From the NCBI GenBank assembly GCA_038885755.1, contig JAVZZH010000002.1:192505-256504 (forward strand): a stretch of DNA of 64,000 nucleotides, in the 5' to 3' direction. Shown here one piece after another: positions 18,995 through 27,404 of this stretch. Source of the stretch: Candidatus Caldarchaeum sp. (lineage in GTDB: Archaea > Thermoproteota > Nitrososphaeria_A > Caldarchaeales > Caldarchaeaceae). The notes beneath the pieces were generated by a model that was not told the origin of the DNA, made no database searches, and saw nothing but the letters and a program-made list of their open reading frames with translations. Positions within the stretch are counted from its first letter, which is position 1, and each line of letters opens with the position of its first letter. The position numbers and the translations under genes are program-made.

Positions 18995-20221
18995 ATGAGC
19001 ATTCCTTCTATGAGGAGTGTAGAATTGGGCGGTCGCATGATTCTTGAGGGGCCCTTCTTGGAGCAGGTAGTGGCTGCATACCTCTTGAAGAATGGTAGAG
19101 AGGTTGTTTCAAGAATTGAGACCGGCGGCGTATCACATGACGTCCTAGTTAAGACATATAACGGTCATATTTTGTATGAGTGTACGGGTCAAAGAGAGAT
19201 AACCGAGGGTAAGATAGATAAGTTTCACAGGGATGTTTTAACTCTGCACGATGTTTTAAAAGGAGAGGGTGGAATAGTGGAAGCAGTCTTTGCCGCCTCT
19301 GTACATGATGATGCATGGACACCCAGCGCAAGAAACGCCTTAGAACTGGTTAGGGAGAGTCTGAAGAAGAGGATAAAAGCCGAGCTCAAGGTAATTTCAG
19401 GCCTTGAATTACTTAAAGAGCTGTTTAAGAGCGGAGTCCTTGGACTAAGACTTGTTAAAGGTAAATTACACTTCGCAGGGCCTGAAGATTACGCAATAAG
19501 ATATGATGCAGACAGCAAACAATTCAAAATATCCTTTGCGCCCATAGAATTGTGGAGGTTTAGAGAACTACCCTATTCATTTCTACCCTCTTTTTATTGG
19601 GAACAGCATTACAGAACAATATATGAGGAATCAGCCAAAGGTAAGGAAGAGCCGTTCACCATATGGACATACTACTACGATGAAGGCGTTAATTGGAGCT
19701 CATCTGGAGATATTGTTGAAGCATATGCCAAATATCTGAACCTGTCTTCACATGCTTACGTAATGGAAAGGGGAGATGATTACATTATTGAAGAATATAC
19801 ATCTGCAAGAAGAAATCGGTCCTATAATGTGTACATGTTCAGTAATGCATCTAACGTTGATTCTTCAGAGGCAGGTAAACTTATAGGAAAAGCCATAAGA
19901 CTTATAGACAAGATAAGAGTCGAGCGCAGTTATTTGATGGAGGAAAAATTTTCAGTATATATCTACTCGGCCACTGAAGATTGGAGCTTTAAAGCTTGGG
20001 GTGATTTGAAGAAAAATATCCCAGAACCGCTACGCGCTGACATAAGTGACATCAGACCAGTAAGGGGGAACGAGCTACTTTTAACACTACTCAATAGTGG
20101 TGTTCTAGGGTTGAGGTTTAAAACCAGAAATGAGGCAACACTTGTAGGGCCGGGAATAGATGCAGTAAGGATATCAAGGACAGACGCCGGAAGAGGGTTA
20201 ACCATATCAAATGAGCCCTAG
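18995..20221 (+). CDS. Mrr-like/PD-(D/E)xK restriction-endonuclease-fold protein with internal duplication
   Basis: LEQVVAAYLLKNG...HDVLVK...ILYECT...AWTPSARNA...KVISGLELL pattern; the C-terminal half repeats GNELL..LLNSGVLGLR. AT-rich DNA. Confidence 0.6.
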   Translation: MSIPSMRSVELGGRMILEGPFLEQVVAAYLLKNGREVVSRIETGGVSHDVLVKTYNGHILYECTGQREITEGKIDKFHRDVLTLHDVLKGEGGIVEAVFAASVHDDAWTPSARNALELVRESLKKRIKAELKVISGLELLKELFKSGVLGLRLVKGKLHFAGPEDYAIRYDADSKQFKISFAPIELWRFRELPYSFLPSFYWEQHYRTIYEESAKGKEEPFTIWTYYYDEGVNWSSSGDIVEAYAKYLNLSSHAYVMERGDDYIIEEYTSARRNRSYNVYMFSNASNVDSSEAGKLIGKAIRLIDKIRVERSYLMEEKFSVYIYSATEDWSFKAWGDLKKNIPEPLRADISDIRPVRGNELLLTLLNSGVLGLRFKTRNEATLVGPGIDAVRISRTDAGRGLTISNEP

Positions 20222-20235
20222 TGATGATATAATCG

Positions 20236-21054
20236 TTAATTTTTTCGGGCTGGCAATCTGTTTAGGGCTTTTTCAACCTCTTCTTCTCCCATCTCATCAC
20301 ATAATCGCCATAGCTTTTTTATCAAATCTTTCCGTTTAGCTGACCTCTCTTTATACTGTATGAGGGCTTCTTCCTTTAGGGGGCCTAAGGCTAGCTGTAT
20401 CCCCTCCCCGTTTTCCTCAACCCTCATTAAATAGCTCTCTCCGAGGAAGGGCCCGACTGCAGTATCTACTTCGCTTACAGCGTCAACTATGAATGTGGAT
20501 AGAAGCCCCAAGTCCAGCTCCATAGTATAGCCCAGCATCCTTAGTAGTAGGATGCCTCCAGTCACAAACCCTGAGCCTATCACCGCGTAGCCGGGGTTGT
20601 CATGCACCGGTTCCGCCAAACCCTTACTATCAAATGTGTAGATTGAAGCCCTTCCAGAAGGTTCTATGGTGGGGTCTAATCCACACAACACCATCTGAAA
20701 GCCCGGATCTAACCCCATGTTTCTAAGCTCGCTAAACCTCCTTGCAAACCTATACTCCATCTCCCTCACCGCTTTCCTAAAGGCTGTAAACCTTACCGGA
20801 TACTCGTCCCTAGCGTACTTTAGCAGAATATCCTCAGCTACTTCAAACCCCCATTTCGCTAAAGACGGGTCGCCTGCACCTCCCGCTATAGCGACAGGCT
20901 TGTCCTCCATCAAAAAAATAGGATACACCTTCTTAACCTCATAAGATACGCCAATAGATGTTGTGGCTTTTGAGTCCGACGAGACCAAAACAGCTTCAGT
21001 TAATCCACCATCCTTTTTTTCAAAAGCCCATTTGAAAGCCAAGATTAGGGTCAT
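20236..21054 (-). CDS. Stand-alone proteasome beta-like Ntn (Thr) hydrolase
   Basis: M-TLILA, SDSKAT, KKVYP, GGAGD, QMVLCGLD, IGSG, EVDTAVG align in order with psmB motifs in this window. ATG at 21054. Confidence 0.75.
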   Translation of the reverse strand: MTLILAFKWAFEKKDGGLTEAVLVSSDSKATTSIGVSYEVKKVYPIFLMEDKPVAIAGGAGDPSLAKWGFEVAEDILLKYARDEYPVRFTAFRKAVREMEYRFARRFSELRNMGLDPGFQMVLCGLDPTIEPSGRASIYTFDSKGLAEPVHDNPGYAVIGSGFVTGGILLLRMLGYTMELDLGLLSTFIVDAVSEVDTAVGPFLGESYLMRVEENGEGIQLALGPLKEEALIQYKERSAKRKDLIKKLWRLCDEMGEEEVEKALNRLPARKN

Positions 21055-21485
21055 ACCGTCTAAAAATACCACCTTCACACAAATATCAGTCTATCGGGCC
21101 GAGCATATTAACTAAAATGTTGACCGTTCCAGCTCTGTTCACCACCGCTCCTCACCCATAGTTATCTGGGTTTCGCATAACCTTGAATATCAGAGTTCAG
21201 TTCTAGTAACCTCGATAAGTGAACAAGCAAACAGATTTCGCTTTGTCGCTCCTTTAAGCCCGTACGCTATCGATTACATCGAAAAAAGACCCAAACATAA
21301 TGTTGAAGTTAGGGTCTCAACAAAATATATTGTATCAAATATATCCGCCTCTCATCTCCAAGAAATTCCAGTGTCTTCTCTTACACTACAGCTTAGGAGC
21401 GAGTAGTAGGCTTAAGCACAAGTTGACAGTATCAGAGGGTTTTGAAACAAACTTTAAGTGTAAGATTAAGCAAGCATTAACGGGC

Positions 21486-24400
21486 ATGCGTAAGGGCCCC
21501 TCTTTTGAATCTGTATTGATGATTGTTCTGCTGCTAACTCAGACAGTTCTCACTTCCATAGATGCTCAGCAGATAACCCAGGTGTCAAGGAGTGGCTGGC
21601 TTGAAGTACAGCAGCAAGAGCAGTTTGACTTCAGGATCAGGGCTGAGCCGTCGTCAGCCACAGTCGGGTCTCAAGTGCTTATAAAGGGGAGGATATGTCC
21701 GACACCGTTGATAGACGAGGGCACCTATTTAAAAGCTGAGACAACAGTAACGAGGCCTGACGGCGGCTCAGATACTATGTTGGCGGGTCTGGGGAGGCCT
21801 CAGGACACATGTTCACAGGACCTGATAGTAGCACCTATAACGGCTAATATGGCGGGGACATGGTCCGTCTCTTCACGGGCCTACTGGCGGAGCGGCGGCA
21901 GCAGGATTGAAGTCACCAGCAACACCATAACATTCACTATTACGACAGTTGGCTTCACCATCTCATTGAGTGCGCTAGGGGTCGGCATCTACCAAGGAGA
22001 GTCAGGTCAGCTTACAGTGAACGTCGAATCCCCTTCACCCCAGCCATACGATGTAAGTCTGCTACTATCTGGCATACCGACGGGTGTATCAGCAACCCTC
22101 AACCCTCAGACTGGTAGGCCGCCGTTCAGTTCTACGCTAAGACTGACAGTCAGTCAGAGCGCCGCCCCAGGAACCTATAGAGTCACAGTCACCGGAAACG
22201 GGGGAGGGCATACATCAAGCGCTAGCTTCGACCTCTTCATACATCAGCGCGTCCAGCAAGATCCGGCTTTAACTGATGTTGGAATCTCTGGCGCCGATTA
22301 TTCTGTTCCCCGGCAGCCGCCCACAACAGTATCTCCAGGCGGTAGGTTTAGAGCTTGGTACTGGGTTAACAACCCGAATAACCAGCGGGTCACGGTTGTC
22401 CTAGGCCTCAGCATAAGGGCGCCCAACGGTCAGGTATTCCACGACCCTTCGAATGACGTATCCTGCGAACTTGCTCCTCAGCAGGTGACTATATGCAACA
22501 GGTTCTTCACGGTGCCGTCCAACGCGCCTGCTGGAACATACGACGTCATCTACGGGCTATGGACCGCCGACAGGTCAAGACAGATAACCCAGGTGTCAAG
22601 GAGTGGCTGGCTTGTAGTACAGCAGGTTTCTTTCGATGTTCAGCCCAGGGTATGGAGTCCAACGGTGCAGGTTGGCTCCTCTGCAAGCCAGAGCTTCACG
22701 GTCTCAGCCAGCGGAGGAACCGTAACAGGGATAACAATCTCGAGGATATCCGGACCTAGCTGGATAACCATCAACCCGACCAGCTTAGGAGATATAGCAG
22801 CTGGACAGTCTAAGACGTTCACGTTAACTGTTTCACCTCCAAGTGGAGCCGGAGGGCAGCATCCTTACACCATAAGGATAAGCAGCACAAACGCAGGTAG
22901 CGTCGACATATCTGGAACAATAACAGTACAGCAGCAAGAGCAGTTTGACTTCAGGGTTAGGATCCCTGAGGCGACAAAGTACGTAGTGGCCGGCTCTGGA
23001 ACTATTTACACTATTTGGGTTGACTTAGTAAGCGGGAGTGCTCAACAAGTAACTCTGAGTGTTTCAGGCCTGCCTTCTGGTGTTACCTATGCATTTGGCA
23101 GCTCTTCCGGAGGTCAGCTTTGGACGGGGGTGCCAGCCTTTAGTGTAGACCTATATATCAACACGCCCTCTTCCCTGCCCCCGGGTACCTACTCTTTCAC
23201 CGTGACAGGGTCCGGAGGGGGGTTGACTAGGTCAGCCTCCGCATCTCTCGTAGTACAGGCCGGTACGCTTGATGGCAGAATAGTGAGTGTTAGTCCTACA
23301 AGCGTGACAGCTAATCCGGGTCAATCGGTCTCCTTTAACTTCGTGGTCGAAAACACGGGGAATGTGATCGCGGACTACCACGTATACTTCTCGGCCAGCA
23401 GTATCCTTGGATATGTTTCGGGTACCATAACCCTTAACCCGGGACAGCAGGGAACCATAACACTTACAGGTAACGTTCCTTCGGGAGCGGGGCCTGGCAC
23501 GTATCAAGTTGATGTTTACTTCCAAATGGCCTACAGGGGGCAGGGATGGCAGAACGCTCAGCGGTGGGGAAGCGTGCAGATCACTGTGCAGGGACCGCAA
23601 CCCGGCTACACCAAGGTAACGATTGTTAATAATGACGACGACCCCATAGATGTCCACCTCTACATAGATGGCCGGTGGAAGGGAAGCTATTTCGGACGTG
23701 CGCCAGGCTCCAGTACCACAACGGACCCAATACCTGTTGAAGGTAATTCAAACCATGAGGTAAAGATTATCTGGCGGGACCCTGACACCTCAAGCCAGTA
23801 CGAAAAGGCACAAACGGTATACGTATCTGAGGGGCAGACGCTGCACCTAACACTCACCATAGATCCTCATGCCCCGCCGCCAGCCCGGAAGCCTGACCTG
23901 AGAATCACACGCGTGGATCTAAGTCCTTACAGGGAGGGCAATAGATACCTTCAGGGAGAAGCTTTATCCATATACCCCACGATAGTCAATGAGGGAAACG
24001 CCGACGCTAGCAACTTCAAGGTGAATTGGTACGTAGACGACGTTTTAATTCACAGCTGGCCCGGCTGGTCTCTCAGAGCAGGCGAAAGCGTCTCCTCGTT
24101 GGGTTTAAATTGGTCTGCCACACCCGGAACCCATGTTATACGCGTAGTCGTCGATCCTGACAACCTCATAGACGAGCTGGATGAAACGGATAATCAGATG
24201 AGTGTGACCATTCTTGTTGAACCGCAGCCGCAATGCGACTTCTCGATATCTGTCTCTCCAACTTCAGGAAGCGTCCAGCAAGGCCGGTCGATAACGTTTA
24301 CGGTTACGGTTGGACTAGTGAGCGGCTCCTGCCAACCTGTAAGCCTGTCGCTAGCTGGACAGCACCCATCTATGACTTATTCCTTCGAACCAAGCATAGG

Positions 24401-26000
24401 CACGCCTGCCTTCATCTCTAGGCTTACCATCACAACGTCCTCATCAACGCCGCCTAATCAGTATACATTAAACGTGGTTGGAACATCAGGAGGTCTCACG
24501 AGGTCAGCAACCATCGGGTTAAGCGTTACAACCCCTGAGCCAAAACACAAACTTAGGATAGCATTCCCCACAATCCCCGCAACTATCCAGACAAACCTCT
24601 ATGTGAACGGAGATTCTAGGAGGGTCTCAGGTGGAGAAACACTCGAACTTACGGTGAGAAAAGGTGAAAAGGTCACTCTACGGACAGACCCAGTTCCCGG
24701 GTATTATTCTGTTTCGTGGATATTTAAAGAACCCGACGACCTACCTCCATGGAATGGGGAAAAACCACTCGAGCTAATCGTAGATAAAGATTACACCATC
24801 GCCTTCATCTACTCGAGCGTTGCTGAGGTCGAAGAAATTAAACGGGTAACAAAGGACACTATCATAACCGCATTAGGCACCGCAGACTCTATAAGAAGGA
24901 TCATCGAGTTCGTTAGAGACGCGGGACTGAAATATGGTGAAGGGCGTATATCGCAAGCTGCTCTCATGGAAATGCTGAAAAACTACAAGTTATCGCTAAG
25001 AGTACCATACATAGGTACTGCGGTAGCCGTAGGATTCGACCTTCTCATGATTTACGAGGTTTGGGAAAGAGACGACCTAACTGTAGAGGACAAAATTCTG
25101 CGTATAGAAGGCATTGTAGCGGGCAGGGTTGCCGCCATTTTATCCTCGGTAGGCTGCTTAATTGCAGTAGGGGCTGCTGCCGCAGCAGCAGGGGTTACCG
25201 TTGGTCCAGGTGCAATCGTAGTTTCCGTATTCGGGTCAGCAGCATGCTCCTACATTTCTGAGAAAGTCGCTGATATAATACGTGGGGCTTGGCCGAGTGT
25301 TATGCAAACTATTTCCGCCGCATTTGAGTATATCAAATCTTTAATTCATGGAAGCCTAGACACAGCTCATGAATGGCTGGCGCTGCTATACAGGAGGTTG
25401 GTGCGAGTCTCTGCGGGATCAGATGTAAGGATTCTAGTCATCGACCAGCTAGGACGCAGAACTGGCGCAGCATACGAACAAGGTGTATGGAGGGTATACG
25501 AGGAGATTCCTGGAGCGTACTATAGCGGTGTTGACTCACATCCGCAGACGATAATCCTAACACAGCTAGCCCAGACTCACCATCAATATGTGATCAAAGT
25601 GGTTGGCAATCAAGAAGGTGACTACAAACTCAACGTAACCGCGATAGGTATAGAGGCTAACCCATTCACATGGAGCAGTACTGGCAGTCTGAAGAGAGGA
25701 GAGCAAGACGTTTATACCATAAAGATCGCATTGGTTGAAGAAGCCAAAGAAGCAACCATCACAGAAACTCAAACAACCTCCACAGTCAATATGACATTAA
25801 CAAAGATGACTGTAGTAAAGTCCATGCCGGCAACGACGGAAACCACTCAGCCACTTACTACTCAAGTCATCACAACAATTGACGTTGGAACGTTGTTATA
25901 CATCATCGGGCTCTCAATGGCCGTAACAGTGGTCCTAGCTATCCTCGGAAGAAGACGCGCGAGACGTAAGCCACAACTTATTAGAGTGCTTCCACCCTAG
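21486..26000 (+). CDS. Giant multi-Ig/CARDB surface protein with internal hydrophobic helical domain and C-terminal TM anchor
   Basis: Signal peptide from MRKG (21486); repeated PGTY.TV.G.GG Ig units; CARDB (PDL...NEGNADA...VDPDNLIDELDETDN); Thr-rich stalk; TM plus RRRARRK. Confidence 0.85.
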   Translation: MRKGPSFESVLMIVLLLTQTVLTSIDAQQITQVSRSGWLEVQQQEQFDFRIRAEPSSATVGSQVLIKGRICPTPLIDEGTYLKAETTVTRPDGGSDTMLAGLGRPQDTCSQDLIVAPITANMAGTWSVSSRAYWRSGGSRIEVTSNTITFTITTVGFTISLSALGVGIYQGESGQLTVNVESPSPQPYDVSLLLSGIPTGVSATLNPQTGRPPFSSTLRLTVSQSAAPGTYRVTVTGNGGGHTSSASFDLFIHQRVQQDPALTDVGISGADYSVPRQPPTTVSPGGRFRAWYWVNNPNNQRVTVVLGLSIRAPNGQVFHDPSNDVSCELAPQQVTICNRFFTVPSNAPAGTYDVIYGLWTADRSRQITQVSRSGWLVVQQVSFDVQPRVWSPTVQVGSSASQSFTVSASGGTVTGITISRISGPSWITINPTSLGDIAAGQSKTFTLTVSPPSGAGGQHPYTIRISSTNAGSVDISGTITVQQQEQFDFRVRIPEATKYVVAGSGTIYTIWVDLVSGSAQQVTLSVSGLPSGVTYAFGSSSGGQLWTGVPAFSVDLYINTPSSLPPGTYSFTVTGSGGGLTRSASASLVVQAGTLDGRIVSVSPTSVTANPGQSVSFNFVVENTGNVIADYHVYFSASSILGYVSGTITLNPGQQGTITLTGNVPSGAGPGTYQVDVYFQMAYRGQGWQNAQRWGSVQITVQGPQPGYTKVTIVNNDDDPIDVHLYIDGRWKGSYFGRAPGSSTTTDPIPVEGNSNHEVKIIWRDPDTSSQYEKAQTVYVSEGQTLHLTLTIDPHAPPPARKPDLRITRVDLSPYREGNRYLQGEALSIYPTIVNEGNADASNFKVNWYVDDVLIHSWPGWSLRAGESVSSLGLNWSATPGTHVIRVVVDPDNLIDELDETDNQMSVTILVEPQPQCDFSISVSPTSGSVQQGRSITFTVTVGLVSGSCQPVSLSLAGQHPSMTYSFEPSIGTPAFISRLTITTSSSTPPNQYTLNVVGTSGGLTRSATIGLSVTTPEPKHKLRIAFPTIPATIQTNLYVNGDSRRVSGGETLELTVRKGEKVTLRTDPVPGYYSVSWIFKEPDDLPPWNGEKPLELIVDKDYTIAFIYSSVAEVEEIKRVTKDTIITALGTADSIRRIIEFVRDAGLKYGEGRISQAALMEMLKNYKLSLRVPYIGTAVAVGFDLLMIYEVWERDDLTVEDKILRIEGIVAGRVAAILSSVGCLIAVGAAAAAAGVTVGPGAIVVSVFGSAACSYISEKVADIIRGAWPSVMQTISAAFEYIKSLIHGSLDTAHEWLALLYRRLVRVSAGSDVRILVIDQLGRRTGAAYEQGVWRVYEEIPGAYYSGVDSHPQTIILTQLAQTHHQYVIKVVGNQEGDYKLNVTAIGIEANPFTWSSTGSLKRGEQDVYTIKIALVEEAKEATITETQTTSTVNMTLTKMTVVKSMPATTETTQPLTTQVITTIDVGTLLYIIGLSMAVTVVLAILGRRRARRKPQLIRVLPP
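21570..21635 (+). repeat. Composite direct repeat: 21570-21614 ~ 22581-22625 (44/45) and 21605-21635 = 22925-22955 (31/31)
   Basis: CAGATAACCCAGGTGTCAAGGAGTGGCTGGCTTG(A/T)AGTACAGCAG and AGTACAGCAGCAAGAGCAGTTTGACTTCAGG read directly from the sequence. Confidence 0.9.
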
Positions 26001-26064
26001 CATGCTCAGGAGATATATCCTAGGAGAAAAGGGTCGAGGAGAAAACAACGAGCCTAACACCTTT

Positions 26065-26180
26065 TCTGGATAGAGTCTGCTAAACTGGGTGATAAACGCT
26101 ACCTGCTACGCCGGATGTTTGAGCTGCAGTGAAAGCCACTACCTCATACTCGGGACTAATATGTCGGAGAAAATATCGCC
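26065..26180 (-). pseudogene. Remnant of COG2403-type predicted GTPase N-terminus
   Basis: Translates to PEYEVVAFTAAQTSGVAGSVYHPV*, then RLYPE in another frame. This resembles the family motif EVVAFTATQIP.IAGR.YP.ELAG.LYPEG. Confidence 0.45.
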
Positions 26181-26234
26181 GAAGACACGCTTCTACAGGC
26201 TATACCATGTGTTGTTGAAGCGTTTGGGCCTTCG

Positions 26235-26606
26235 ATGCGAAGACTCCAGACGGCTCAATTGGGCAAGTTGGCAGTCTCACAGTTCCCCCTACAAAAGCTC
26301 AAGTGGAAGTTGCAGCGCATATCTTTTATAATGGCAAATAGTAAGAGGGCCGTCATCTCCATTCTACTTCTCAAAACGATTACCCTATCCTTTTATTCGC
26401 AAGTCGCGTTGGGACAAACGTCCCCAAGGCCACTTTCTGATGTTGCGAAAGTTTTCGCCCTACGAGGTGAGTCGACTAGCGTGATAGGTATAGCCGAGGC
26501 CCCTGACATGACATTCACTATAGTGATGGTGGGTAAACTGCCTTTACCTGTCGGGGCGGATAATAGTGTTCGAGGTAAAGATACAGTCTATGAAGTGGGT
26601 TTTTAG
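26235..26606 (+). CDS. Hypothetical protein, possibly a fragment of a secreted protein
   Basis: Signal-peptide-like MANSKRAVISILLL..VALG inside the ORF; short. Confidence 0.3.
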   Translation: MRRLQTAQLGKLAVSQFPLQKLKWKLQRISFIMANSKRAVISILLLKTITLSFYSQVALGQTSPRPLSDVAKVFALRGESTSVIGIAEAPDMTFTIVMVGKLPLPVGADNSVRGKDTVYEVGF

Positions 26607-26774
26607 CTGTTAATGTTAGAGAATTCTTAGATGCGAAATTTTATGTGATACAGGAAAATTGTATGAAGTATCTACTATTTTAACAGGGATAGCTGGCTCC
26701 CTTTACAAACGGGTAAACCCGGCTGTTTCCTTTCTCGAGTGGTGCAAAAAATAGCTGTTTGATTGAAACATACT

Positions 26775-27011
26775 TTATTGACTCCACGGCTGCTGCGAGC
26801 AGAGCAGCTTCAGCAGGTATTTCTCGCCGTCCCGCGTCAGGAGACACTTACCGGCCCTCCCCTCTCTCTGGAGAGTTGAGAGGCTGTACGGCTCTATTAA
26901 ATCCGTCTCACCGTAGACGGCGCCGAAGACGTCGCGAATCCCGACATTCTCAACCATTGCTTCAAACACAAGCTCAAGCTCATGACCGTTGGGTTTAACC
27001 ACGCCCTTCAC
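26775..27011 (-). CDS. Hypothetical protein / fragment
   Basis: 78-aa ORF with protein-like composition, divergent from hjc. Confidence 0.3.
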   Translation of the reverse strand: MKGVVKPNGHELELVFEAMVENVGIRDVFGAVYGETDLIEPYSLSTLQREGRAGKCLLTRDGEKYLLKLLCSQQPWSQ

Positions 27012-27101
27012 GTCTGAATGGGGTGCGTTGTTGGATTTAACCGGATGAGGCCTGACCTCATCACGGCCTTAACAGCTTAAAGCCTTCGGTTTCATGAAAG
27101 C

Positions 27102-27404
27102 ATGTGTATGAGCTACAGGAAGGGTAGGAGGCTCGAGTATGCTGTGAGAGACATTTTCAGGAGGAGGGGCTGGCTTGTTGTGAGGGCTGCCGCCTCCAAG
27201 CCCGTGGACCTTGTATGCATGAAGAAAGGCCGCACCGTTCTCGTGGAGTGCAAGTACAACCGGAGGTATGCTACGTGGCGGGAGGTCGAGCCGTTGGTCT
27301 CTCTCGCTAGGAAGGCGGGAGCCGAGCCCGTTGTCGCACTGGCGGTGAAGAGGGGGGAGCCGTCGCTCAGGTCTCTCGAAAGCTGGGATGTCTTCAAACC
27401 ATAA
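27102..27404 (+). CDS. Archaeal Holliday junction resolvase (Hjc)-like nuclease
   Basis: YRKGRRLEY.VRD.F...GWLVVRAAASKPVDLV....G..VLVECK. Confidence 0.85.
   Translation: MCMSYRKGRRLEYAVRDIFRRRGWLVVRAAASKPVDLVCMKKGRTVLVECKYNRRYATWREVEPLVSLARKAGAEPVVALAVKRGEPSLRSLESWDVFKP

Noticed and set aside
21300-21485. 62-aa N-terminal extension of the giant surface protein
   Set aside because: The signal peptide begins at M 21486, with a TATA-like TTTAAG about 30 bp upstream.
24854-24863. GGACACTATC, matching the MITE right end
   Set aside because: Only 10 bp, inside an intact reading frame, with no further similarity; probably chance.
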